Of a stretch of 54,019 nt of DNA, positions 7,535 to 16,609 are shown piece after piece; within the stretch, counting starts at the first letter, position 1; each line of letters starts with the position of its first letter. Source of the DNA: a virus (Duplodnaviria; Caudoviricetes); the IMG/VR virus record IMGVR_UViG_3300025310_000213, positions 1 to 54,019 of that record; one strand, given 5' to 3'. The position numbers and the translations under genes are program-made. The notes below the pieces were generated by a model. The model was not told the origin of the DNA and did no database searches. It was given only the letters and a program-made list of their open reading frames with translations.

Positions 7535-10254
7535 CGGAGTCGCTTTCCGTCCTCACCGTTACTGAAAGCGCCGGTGGTCTCGTCACAAAGGTAGCCGCGG
7601 AGCTTCTGTGCGCTGTTCGCCAACGTCCAGAACGCCGGAAGCAGAGTCGGTGAGCCAGGTTGGTCGTCGCCGAGCACGAAGGCGGTCGAGTAGAGGCGCC
7701 ACACATCGATAGCTTCGAACCGCACGTCGTAGCGTTGTGGATTCGTGATCTGGCGCATGATCCGAAGCGGCCGACCGACCCACCCGTTGGCGCCTCCACC
7801 TTCGACGTGGTCGACCGCAATCACATCGCCGATCTCGTTTGTGAGTCCCTTGAGAGTGGTCGTGAACTTAACCGGGATCGGCGCTTCCTTATTGGCCAGC
7901 AGCCGGCGTTGTGCGATGTCATACGCGACCGCGTCGTCCCGAACGCCCCACAACTCCAACCGCGGCCCTTGCCGCGTCTCCTTCAGCAGCGAGATCGATT
8001 CGGCGTGCTCGATCGTTTTGATGCCGATCCATTCAGCCGGGCCGATACCGGACGACGAGGTCTGCGGAGCATACGTCGCGTAGCGTCGTGCCCACACGTA
8101 GTGGACGCTGTTCTCGACCTTGTCGATCTCCGGTTCTAGGTTGAAGTTGGCCTGGAGGATATCGAACTTCTGCGTATACAACTGCGCGCCGTCGAGCACT
8201 GAGATACGGTCATCAAAGATCGACACAAAGAACTGCGAGTGACGATTGAACCCGCTCTGACAATCACATGAGAGGTTGAGCCGAGCCAACGCGTCGCGTA
8301 GGTTCATCGCGCCGTCGCCTGGAGCGCCAAACATAATGGCGCCGGGATATCCCCCCGCCACGCGATTCGCGTGGACCGCCCGCATGGTGTCGAAGCTCGT
8401 GTTATCGATTTGCGCCTTGACCTGGTCAACCGGGTCGAAGCCTTGCTCCCATACCGGCGCATTGAGCCACGGACCGGACTCCCACGCCTGGAATCCGAAG
8501 TTGGTCACGAAGTGCTTGTAGATGTCCGCGAGTTGCTCGATGAGCAGACCGGTTCCGTCGCCGGCAAACTCGATACCTCGAACGTTCAAGGTGATGGGCG
8601 CCGTGCCGTCTACTGCCTGATCGGCTTTGATCCCTTTCGCGTAGATGATGGTGTAGCGGCGGCCGTTCCTGTCCTGATAGGTCGCGGCGCCCTTCTGCGA
8701 GATGTAGCCGGCGTAACCTGGGATCAGGAAGCTGGCATTCGCGCCTTCGGTCGACGCAGCCTGCCGCACACCGCCGCAATACCACTCGTCGATGCCCTTG
8801 ACGGCATGGCCACACACGACGAATGCTTGCCACGTCGTGCCACCGATAATCTCCTCACCCACGTGAATCGTCGGCACGACGCCACTGCCCTGATCGAGTT
8901 TGATCTGCGTGCCTGGGGCTGTCGGGTCGCCTTCGAATACCGCGTTATTGACGCCAGGTGGTTGAGACGACGGTGCGCGTGACGCGATGCCGGTGTCGTT
9001 CCACTTGTTCAACGCATACTGCCGGCCGAAGCCCATCAGCAACTGCTGCGGCTGTGACCCCACCTGTCGGCCATAGATCCGGCTGCACACGAGGCGTCCT
9101 TCGTAACTCGCGTCTGATGGACCGCCCCACCACAATGCCTGCTGCCCTGACCCGACATTGCCCCATCGCAGTTCGATATACCGAGTCGGATCGGCCTGCA
9201 TCTCTTCAACAGACGGGGCATTCGTCACGATGCACTGGCTTTGGGCAAATTCCTGACGGTGGTCGTTGTCCTGCGCCGGGTTCTGCGGGTCTGGGCAAAC
9301 CGTGCCGAAGCCGTCGACAGGTGCGCCGACAGCCGTGAGCGTGTAGATGTGGGTCGAGCTTCCCGGCGCGCCGAATACCGTGGCTTCAAGCTGCGAATTG
9401 ATCAGGTTCGACTGGACTGTGACCGTCCGCTCCTTCTTGTCAGAGAGGTTGCCGTAGAGGATGGGGACGGGCAGCCCTTCAGACGCCGCCGGGATGTTCG
9501 GGAAGTCCACGCGCGTCAGTTTGCGGAACGGGACGTTCTTTTCGAGGTTGCCGGCGCCCAACGACGACGCCAGGAAGTCCCGACCAGTGAACTCAAAGTG
9601 CAGTGGACCCCGCGGCTTCCAGTCACGCACAATGCCGCGGACCAGGACGAACGGGGTCACCTTCTGACGACGACTCTCGTCGTCAATGATTCGGATGATG
9701 ATCATCCGGTTCTGGAAGAACTTGCCTTTTGCACTGTCAAGGAGGGTGCGGATCTGACGGTCCGTGTCTGAGACGACGAACGAGAACTCCGAGCTCTCGT
9801 AGTTCCCCCGTTCATCGGAAAGGCCGCGCGTGATGTCACCAAACCCGATGACCCGCGCCTCCTTAAATCCACCGTAGTAGTCGCCGTCATCGACGAGATC
9901 CACCGGCGCCCAGAGATACGTCTTAGGTGCCCCGAGCACGTTGACGTGATACAGCTCAATCCACGTCAAACCGATCGACCCGTCCTTCAAGTTGCTGAAG
10001 TCGAGCGTCGAAGCATTCACGTGCCACACGAACGAGTCCGAATTGCCAGAGCCGCCCAGCGCGTCGGCCACAAGGACGGTCACGTTGTAGTCGCCCGCAG
10101 CCGCACCTGAAATCGTGCCCATCACCCGACCGGCCGTGTCCATCGAAAGGCCGGGAGGCAGACCAACGGCGCTATAGACAAGGTTCGGCACAAAGGGCCG
10201 ACCCTGCCTCGACTTCGAGATGCGCTTGGCTGCGTCGTGCGGAAGATTCGCCAT
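7531..10254 (-). CDS. Large tail-tip/hub protein with N-terminal Ig-like (He_PIG-type) segment
   Basis: YSAVGLPPGLSMDTAGRVMGTI...YNVTV Ig motif; PILYG and C-terminal EIGDVIAV motifs; downstream of the tape measure and Dit-like genes. Confidence 0.75.
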   Translation of the reverse strand: MANLPHDAAKRISKSRQGRPFVPNLVYSAVGLPPGLSMDTAGRVMGTISGAAAGDYNVTVLVADALGGSGNSDSFVWHVNASTLDFSNLKDGSIGLTWIELYHVNVLGAPKTYLWAPVDLVDDGDYYGGFKEARVIGFGDITRGLSDERGNYESSEFSFVVSDTDRQIRTLLDSAKGKFFQNRMIIIRIIDDESRRQKVTPFVLVRGIVRDWKPRGPLHFEFTGRDFLASSLGAGNLEKNVPFRKLTRVDFPNIPAASEGLPVPILYGNLSDKKERTVTVQSNLINSQLEATVFGAPGSSTHIYTLTAVGAPVDGFGTVCPDPQNPAQDNDHRQEFAQSQCIVTNAPSVEEMQADPTRYIELRWGNVGSGQQALWWGGPSDASYEGRLVCSRIYGRQVGSQPQQLLMGFGRQYALNKWNDTGIASRAPSSQPPGVNNAVFEGDPTAPGTQIKLDQGSGVVPTIHVGEEIIGGTTWQAFVVCGHAVKGIDEWYCGGVRQAASTEGANASFLIPGYAGYISQKGAATYQDRNGRRYTIIYAKGIKADQAVDGTAPITLNVRGIEFAGDGTGLLIEQLADIYKHFVTNFGFQAWESGPWLNAPVWEQGFDPVDQVKAQIDNTSFDTMRAVHANRVAGGYPGAIMFGAPGDGAMNLRDALARLNLSCDCQSGFNRHSQFFVSIFDDRISVLDGAQLYTQKFDILQANFNLEPEIDKVENSVHYVWARRYATYAPQTSSSGIGPAEWIGIKTIEHAESISLLKETRQGPRLELWGVRDDAVAYDIAQRRLLANKEAPIPVKFTTTLKGLTNEIGDVIAVDHVEGGGANGWVGRPLRIMRQITNPQRYDVRFEAIDVWRLYSTAFVLGDDQPGSPTLLPAFWTLANSAQKLRGYLCDETTGAFSNGEDGKRLR

Positions 10255-10257
10255 GAC

Positions 10258-10413
10258 CTAGTTGTTCACGATGTTGATGTCGATGACTTCTCCTGCGTTG
10301 TTCGTCCGATCAGGGAGATTCGAGATCAGCGGAATGACCGAGAATCGAATCTTCCGCTGCACAAGAATTTGCACCCCCGGAAAGTTCTCTGGTGGTTTGA
10401 GCACCTGCGGCAT
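10258..10413 (-). CDS. 51-aa ORF in frame with the tail-tip gene (absent from the ORF track)
   Basis: GAGG SD, ATG 10413; MPQVLKPPENFPGVQILVQRKIRFSVIPLISNLPDRTNNAGEVIDINIVNN-TAG. Confidence 0.6.
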   Translation of the reverse strand: MPQVLKPPENFPGVQILVQRKIRFSVIPLISNLPDRTNNAGEVIDINIVNN

Positions 10414-10421
10414 AACTCACC

Positions 10422-11312
10422 TCACGCGTCGTAACGAGCTAACAACGAAACACCAGCCGGGCCACCCCGAGTCGCCTTACCAGCGTTGTTCGCGAACGTC
10501 GCACCGAGTGGGTAATATTCGTGGCTGTTACCGTAGACGGTCACCGTCACCGGAACACCAGCGGCAAGAGATGCGCTGAAATAGCCGAATAGATTCAATC
10601 CAGCCGGCTTGAAGATTCCCGCGGCGTGGAACTGCGGGAACAGCGTGATGTCGAATCCGTCCACACCAGTCCCGACGAGCGGAGCAAGAATTCCCAGATT
10701 GCCCTCTACACCGAGACCGCCGCTTGATGGTGACCAGAATTCCTGTTCGTAGTTCGGTGCGTTCGGATCGTGGAAGAACGAAAGCAACACACCGCCGTTG
10801 CTGGATACAAGGTTGCCATTGGCATCGACCTCTCGTTCGATCGAGAACCCGATCGCACGCGTGTCAGCCTGGCCATTGACGAACAAGGCCACCAGCGCAC
10901 GGTTCGTATCACCAGTCATCAAACAGTTGAAGCTACTCGTCGAGGTTGAACTCACACAGGTGCGGTGTCGTGTTGACGTTGGACCTGTAAGAGATCCGGA
11001 ACCATTGCTGCCGGTTGCGATCTGCACCCACATGGTGGGCTGCGCAATCGACACGTTACCGGTGCCCCATTCCAGTTTCATGAAGACTGGATTCGTGGAT
11101 TGCAGCGCATCCGCCATGCGCCAGATCTCGTAACCCGCGACCGTGTTCACGGTGCCCGGACGAGTGACGGTAGACCAATCGACTTGACCCGTGTCCCCGG
11201 TCTGCACCCACCCCATCGCGATGAGCGCGTTCTTCACCGCGAGACCGGTAGCCCGGAAATCGGCATCGTTGTCGTGATGAGCTTTCAGCGTGATGACGGT
11301 TCGATAAGCCAT
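10422..11312 (-). CDS. Putative tail protein, paralog B
   Basis: Co-linear similarity to 11319-12221 (VQTxDTGQVxWxTVT, GYEIWR, FPQxHA, VYG). Confidence 0.7.
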   Translation of the reverse strand: MAYRTVITLKAHHDNDADFRATGLAVKNALIAMGWVQTGDTGQVDWSTVTRPGTVNTVAGYEIWRMADALQSTNPVFMKLEWGTGNVSIAQPTMWVQIATGSNGSGSLTGPTSTRHRTCVSSTSTSSFNCLMTGDTNRALVALFVNGQADTRAIGFSIEREVDANGNLVSSNGGVLLSFFHDPNAPNYEQEFWSPSSGGLGVEGNLGILAPLVGTGVDGFDITLFPQFHAAGIFKPAGLNLFGYFSASLAAGVPVTVTVYGNSHEYYPLGATFANNAGKATRGGPAGVSLLARYDA

Positions 11313-11318
11313 GTGTCC

Positions 11319-12221
11319 TCAGTTCTCATAGCGTGCCATCACGGTTTGACCTGTCGTGCCTGGGCTTCCTCGCTGGCAATTGCCATTCGAGAAGAAGCTG
11401 CCAAGACAGAAATACGTGCGCGCCTGACCGTAGACGGTGAACTGCACCGTGGTGTAGGCGGGGATGGCCGCGTGGAAATACACGAAGTGATTCAGACCGA
11501 ACGGCTTGAACGAGTTGTGCGCGTGATACTGCGGGAACATCGACACATCTGAGCCAGCCGACCCCGATCCAATACGCGGAGTGAGCACACCCATGTCCTG
11601 TTCGACACCAGTCCCGCCGGCCGTTCGGTTGAAGTATTCCTGTCGAGCATTCCCGCTCATACCGCCGCCAGCGGAGCTCACCGTGACGTAGGCTCCTGTC
11701 CCAACACGACTGCCGTTAGCATCAAGCTCTCGCTCGACGCTGACCAGCATCGCGCGTTGCGTGTTGCCGCTTGCCGCGTTGTCTTTGTAGTGAAGATACA
11801 GACCCATTCGGTCCGTATCTCCAGTGAAGAGGCAATCATGTGGAGTCGTGCTGACGGCATTGCCCATCCCAGCCTGAACACGAGTCGAGGTCACGCCAAC
11901 GAACGAACCGGACCCGTTCATCGCGACGCCGAGTTGAATCCACAGCGACGGTGCTGTTGCTGAATTGGAGACTCCGTATTCAAGCTTGATGAAGATGGGA
12001 TTGGCGGCCTGCAACGAGTCAGCGAAGCGCCAAATCTCATATCCACCGACCGTGTTTACGACCCCAGGCTTTGTGACGGTCGTCCAGTTCACTTGGCCGG
12101 TGTCGGCGGTCTGCACGAGTCCCATCGCGGCAAGTTGCGCACTGATGGCGGACCCCCACGCGCGGAATTCCGTGTCGTCGTTGACACGCGGAACCAACTG
12201 GATGATGTTTCGATATGCCAT
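11319..12221 (-). CDS. Putative tail protein, paralog A
   Basis: Tandem paralog of 10422-11312 within the tail module. Confidence 0.7.
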   Translation of the reverse strand: MAYRNIIQLVPRVNDDTEFRAWGSAISAQLAAMGLVQTADTGQVNWTTVTKPGVVNTVGGYEIWRFADSLQAANPIFIKLEYGVSNSATAPSLWIQLGVAMNGSGSFVGVTSTRVQAGMGNAVSTTPHDCLFTGDTDRMGLYLHYKDNAASGNTQRAMLVSVERELDANGSRVGTGAYVTVSSAGGGMSGNARQEYFNRTAGGTGVEQDMGVLTPRIGSGSAGSDVSMFPQYHAHNSFKPFGLNHFVYFHAAIPAYTTVQFTVYGQARTYFCLGSFFSNGNCQRGSPGTTGQTVMARYEN

Positions 12222-13016
12222 TTACAGCACCAAACCTCGGCTCACCTCGCTCCACGCGAGATCAAGCTTGTTATGGTTCTTGAACTCTCGCTTGTCCGTC
12301 CGCTTGATGTCGGTCCACCGCACGAGCAAAGCGTCGTTGACTGACGGGTCAGGGACGATGAGAGTCGGCAGCACGCGGCCCTTGCACGCATCCCACCACT
12401 CGCGGATGACAACGAGCCCGGCGTCCGTCGTCTCGACTTCACCCTGAAGTGAGCGGACCTTCACGCCGAAGTCGTAGATGGTTGAAACGCGATAATCCGT
12501 CTCATGTTCGATGAGCGGGCGTTCTACGCTTTCACCGAAGCCCCAGGAGATGTTGTGAACGAGCGACCGCTTCGGAGCACCGAAATGCACGTGACCAAAC
12601 GCGCAGTTAGCGGAATTGGCCGTCACGACGATCAGCCGCCAGTAGCGGTAGGTCCTCGGCGTGATCCCCGTCATGTCTTTCCAAGGGTTCGGCGGGAAGC
12701 CGTCCTTATCCTTCGCACCGACCGTGATCAACTCGTTGATCGGCGGTGCCCCCCAACTGTCAGCGGAGTTGGCCTGGAGCCGTAGCTCAATGCCAGCATC
12801 CAGGTTGTGCATCACGAGGGCAAAGATGTCGATTTCCTTCGCCGACCCGAAGTCGAAGACGATATTCCCGGTGGTCGCCGTGAAGCGGAATGGCTTTGCG
12901 GGATTGCCGTCCAGCAAATTGGCAATCGGATACGCCGCGTCCGCGGTCGACGGCGTCGCTGTGATGGACGGCGTCGCGAGATTGTCAGTCGGATGCTGGA
13001 AAATCAGTCGCCCCAT
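12222..13016 (-). CDS. Distal tail (Dit-like) protein with discoidin-like features
   Basis: Directly after the tape measure gene; YPIANLLDG, VFDFG and YRYWRL motifs. Confidence 0.65.
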   Translation of the reverse strand: MGRLIFQHPTDNLATPSITATPSTADAAYPIANLLDGNPAKPFRFTATTGNIVFDFGSAKEIDIFALVMHNLDAGIELRLQANSADSWGAPPINELITVGAKDKDGFPPNPWKDMTGITPRTYRYWRLIVVTANSANCAFGHVHFGAPKRSLVHNISWGFGESVERPLIEHETDYRVSTIYDFGVKVRSLQGEVETTDAGLVVIREWWDACKGRVLPTLIVPDPSVNDALLVRWTDIKRTDKREFKNHNKLDLAWSEVSRGLVL

Positions 13017-13019
13017 CTC

Positions 13020-15638
13020 TTACCTCGTGGGGATACCAAGCGCGACCTGGAGCCGCGTGCGACTGCCACTCTTGTTGCCTTCGAGCCAGTCGAGGAACAG
13101 CGGACCAATCTCCGAATAGACCATCTGCCTGACGGTGTCGACCGTCGCCAGCGGTGTGGTGAGGTTGAAATTGATCGTCGCGGCTCCGCCAGTGCGGCCG
13201 GCGAACCCAACTCGCTCCATCGCCGTGGCCAGAGCAGAGACGATCGTGTTGGGCTGGCCGACGATCTCGGGACTGCGCTCGGCGATCACGCGCATGACCG
13301 GCTTGGCATAGACGCCGCCGCCGGCCGCGCCATAGATCTGCGCAGCGCGATCCCAATCGCCAGGATTGTTCTGCATGAACTGCTGCAGTTCCTCCCACTT
13401 CGGCCGTCGTGCGTCGATGTATGCGAGGACTCGTTCCCGCGCGACAGCTTGACGATCTTCCCGATTGGCTTCCGACGTGTCGCCGGTCCCACCCGCGTTG
13501 GCTTGTTCGGCCGCTCGGGCAATATCTGCTGCGGTGCGAATGCCGTCCGGCGCTCCCTGGATGTCGTAGCGCACCGGAACGACGATTTCGTTGCCGAACT
13601 CGTCGCGAATGATCTGCATCTCCCGGCCGACGGTGCGGATCGAATCTTTGACTCGATCAAATCCATTGACCGCCGACGACGTGAGGTCTTTCTGAGCCTG
13701 GCTAGCGCGGTCCATCTTGGCGCGGATCTCATCGATCACTTGCTGAACAGCCTCACCACCTTCCTTCTCCGCTCGCCACAATCGATCAGCGTCGGCCAGG
13801 GCCTCCTCGGCGCTGACGCCGACCGCCACGTAGGCGTCGCGGATCGCGATCACCGTCGCGGCGCCGACTTCGTTGCCTTTCCACGCTCCCTTGATGGCTT
13901 CCTGCACCTCCGCCATCTGCTGGGGATTGAGTCCGTCCAGCAGCCCCTGCCGGAAGTTTTTCGCAACCTCACGCCCCTCAAGCTCCTGCTCGGACGGCCC
14001 GCCGAACAATCCCTTGATCCATCCACCGAGCTTCTTCAGGCCCTTGACGGCCAAGTCCGTCAAGGCGCCGATTCCCTGTTGAATGAGAGGGCCAAGCGGA
14101 CCGGCAGGGCCGAGGAAGAACCCGAGTCCCTGCTGCAGCAGGCTCCCGAACATTCCGCCGCCACCACCCTGACCAAAGAGGCCACCGATCATCCCTTGGA
14201 GCTTGCCGGTGACCTTGCCCATAAAGCCGTCGAGCGAACTGCTCAACGTGCCGAGCGCTCCGCCCTCACCGAAGAGACCGCCCATCCATCCCGGCATCTG
14301 CGACTGCAGGCCAGTGAACATGTTTGAGAAGAGGCCGGACACTTGCTGAGTGGAGTTGAAGGTCGGACCGACCATCACGGTATCGAGCTTGCCGAACTCA
14401 ACCTCGATCCCTTTAATCATGTCGGGCACGAACGAATGCCCGACGACCGCGTCATACATGTTCTTGAAGAACCCGGTGACGGCACCGACCTTCTCGCCGA
14501 TCCACTTCACGACGGCCGCGAACTTGTCGACGAGCCACTCCTTCACGGCGCCATAGACGTTCTTGACGATCGGGCCGATGGTGTCCCACTTCTGCCAGAC
14601 CGCGAGGCCAGCAAGAATTCCAGCGACGACCAATCCTGCCGGCATGGTGAACAGCGCAGCGAGTCCCTTCAACGCGATCGGCAGCGTTGACGAGATGAGA
14701 GGCACGATCGTGCCGGTTAGGAACGTCGACAGCCCCGCGAACGCACCGCTCAGCCCCGACGCGCCGATCATGGGCAGCAGTGTCGTGAATGCTTTCTTCA
14801 GCGGTCCGACCGCTCCACTCACGAGACTGACCGCGCCAGAGGCCGCCGTGATCACCGATGCCCACTGGCCGATCTGCGGCGATGTGGCGATCCATGAGTT
14901 GAGACCGTCCACGAAATTCGCGACGCTCGCTTTTGACGCGGCGATCTTGTCGCCGAAGTCGACCTGGGCCTTGCCATTCGCCTCGACGATCGTCTTGAGC
15001 CGTTCCTTCGTGGCGATGGCTAGGGCCTCAACCTTTTCCTGTTCCGACAGATCCTTCGCGGCTTTCCCGACCTTATCCGCGTAAGCCTGGATCGCTGCCG
15101 TGTTGTCGATGACGCCAACGAGCATTTCTGCGCCGCGAGTCCGGCCGGTTGCCATCGATTGCGCGAGCGTATTGAATGCCGTCGTGGCGTCCATTCCGGT
15201 GCGATCGGCCAGGATGCGCGCGGAGTCCGCAAGCAACGCGAAGTCCGCCTCACTCGCTTTGAGGCCGGCAGTGAGGGCCTGGTTGGCAAGTTGCAGGAGT
15301 TGAGCGTCGGAGACTGTGCCGGCAAACGACGACCGCAGCGTGTTGAGCGTTGCTACGGCATCGTTGCCGATCGCCACGTTCAACTGCGTGAAGGAGTCGC
15401 GCAGGTCGAGCACGTCGGCACCACGAGCGCCCATCGCTCCGATTCCAGCAGCAACACCTGCGACAGCACCTGCGACAACGGTGGCAGCCGTCGCCATTTC
15501 AGAGAACGAGACCTTCGATTTCTGTGTCGCCTGAACGGTCTGCTGCTCAACCTGCTGCGTGAAGGCGGAGATCTGGGCCGACGCCTCGTTGAGTAGCGCC
15601 CTGGCCTTGATGATCAGTTCAATATTGTTATCGGCCAT
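13020..15638 (-). CDS. Tape measure protein
   Basis: 872 aa, Ala/Gly-rich helical with hydrophobic segments and the VGHSFVPDM motif; follows the tail chaperones. Confidence 0.9.
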   Translation of the reverse strand: MADNNIELIIKARALLNEASAQISAFTQQVEQQTVQATQKSKVSFSEMATAATVVAGAVAGVAAGIGAMGARGADVLDLRDSFTQLNVAIGNDAVATLNTLRSSFAGTVSDAQLLQLANQALTAGLKASEADFALLADSARILADRTGMDATTAFNTLAQSMATGRTRGAEMLVGVIDNTAAIQAYADKVGKAAKDLSEQEKVEALAIATKERLKTIVEANGKAQVDFGDKIAASKASVANFVDGLNSWIATSPQIGQWASVITAASGAVSLVSGAVGPLKKAFTTLLPMIGASGLSGAFAGLSTFLTGTIVPLISSTLPIALKGLAALFTMPAGLVVAGILAGLAVWQKWDTIGPIVKNVYGAVKEWLVDKFAAVVKWIGEKVGAVTGFFKNMYDAVVGHSFVPDMIKGIEVEFGKLDTVMVGPTFNSTQQVSGLFSNMFTGLQSQMPGWMGGLFGEGGALGTLSSSLDGFMGKVTGKLQGMIGGLFGQGGGGGMFGSLLQQGLGFFLGPAGPLGPLIQQGIGALTDLAVKGLKKLGGWIKGLFGGPSEQELEGREVAKNFRQGLLDGLNPQQMAEVQEAIKGAWKGNEVGAATVIAIRDAYVAVGVSAEEALADADRLWRAEKEGGEAVQQVIDEIRAKMDRASQAQKDLTSSAVNGFDRVKDSIRTVGREMQIIRDEFGNEIVVPVRYDIQGAPDGIRTAADIARAAEQANAGGTGDTSEANREDRQAVARERVLAYIDARRPKWEELQQFMQNNPGDWDRAAQIYGAAGGGVYAKPVMRVIAERSPEIVGQPNTIVSALATAMERVGFAGRTGGAATINFNLTTPLATVDTVRQMVYSEIGPLFLDWLEGNKSGSRTRLQVALGIPTR

Positions 15639-16089
15639 TGCCCTTCTTCATCTCCTGCTGCTTCTTCACCGCTTCACGCCGACGCCGCTTTTCCATGTCC
15701 TCCACGAGTTGCTGATGAAGGCCGGCCACATATTCGAGGCCGTCCATCAACCACGCGTCTTGATCGCCGACACCTCCGGCAGCCGGCAGCGCCACACGCC
15801 GCCATACGGCCGCGCCTTGTGGTGTGAATTCGATGTCGTAGCAGTGGACGAACCACCGCATGACGTCCTCGACGTCCCGGTCCTTTAACGACAGAACCGG
15901 GCAGACCTTCGTCTCTACGCGCTCGTCACGCCAGACGGGGTCTGGGTTGCCGTCTGGTCGACAGCCGCGATCGGCGCAGAGTCCTCGCTGTCTGCATGCA
16001 CCGCAGTCGGCTCCGGTGTCGGCCCAGGAAGTTCCGGGTGTTGCCCTTCGGAGGTAGTCGCTGAACCGGACAGCGACCGCAACTTTTTT
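15628..16089 (-). CDS. Tail assembly chaperone 'T' segment, reached by -1 frameshift
   Basis: The -1 frame from the A-AAA-AAG site (16083-16089) is open to 15628 and includes LPAAGGVGDQDAWLM. Confidence 0.8.
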   Translation of the reverse strand, partial: KKVAVAVRFSDYLRRATPGTSWADTGADCGACRQRGLCADRGCRPDGNPDPVWRDERVETKVCPVLSLKDRDVEDVMRWFVHCYDIEFTPQGAAVWRRVALPAAGGVGDQDAWLMDGLEYVAGLHQQLVEDMEKRRRREAVKKQQEMKKGNGR

Positions 16090-16466
16090 CGCACCTCCTC
16101 GCCGAAGCGGTTGTGCGACCAGATCTGGTTCATCACGTCGATCTTCACGTCGAGCTGTCCCGCGGCCAGCTCGTAGAATGCCTCACCGGTCGTCACCGGT
16201 ATGCCTTCGTCATCTATCTCGCCTTCAGGCAGGCGCACGTAATCGGTGAACGACTGCTTCAGCCACGCGAGCATGTCGTTCTTCCGCTTTTCGATGTCCT
16301 CGGCAGGCGCATCAAACCCACCAGGCATGGGCCGTGCGTAGGTGAAGTATTCGCCTTCGAATGCGAGAAATTCGTCGAGCGTCTGTCGTTTGACTTCGAT
16401 GTTCACCGGCGCGCCTTCAAAGACAATGACCGCCGGCAGCCATCGTTTGACCGATACCTTGGCCAT
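15915..16466 (-). CDS. Tail assembly chaperone (lambda gpG analogue)
   Basis: Start refined to MAKVSV behind GAGGAGG; lies between tail tube and tape measure; contains the slippery heptamer. Confidence 0.85.
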   Translation of the reverse strand: MAKVSVKRWLPAVIVFEGAPVNIEVKRQTLDEFLAFEGEYFTYARPMPGGFDAPAEDIEKRKNDMLAWLKQSFTDYVRLPEGEIDDEGIPVTTGEAFYELAAGQLDVKIDVMNQIWSHNRFGEEVRKKLRSLSGSATTSEGQHPELPGPTPEPTAVHADSEDSAPIAAVDQTATQTPSGVTSA

Positions 16467-16609
16467 GTGAGATGGAGCCTCCTCAAGTTGGATGTTGCTG
16501 TTCCGAACTATCGAAGGTCCGCCGCTCGCGGGGATCATTCGAACCGCGGCGAAGGTGGCCGCGGTTCGTTCGACGGGGCGACGGTAAAATGCAGGGCCTT
16601 GCTAGGTCT

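Noticed and set aside
5612-12221. Diversity-generating retroelement or invertase shufflon acting on tail genes
   Set aside because: No reverse transcriptase or serine invertase; the paralogs are diverged throughout rather than an adenine-specific TR/VR pair.
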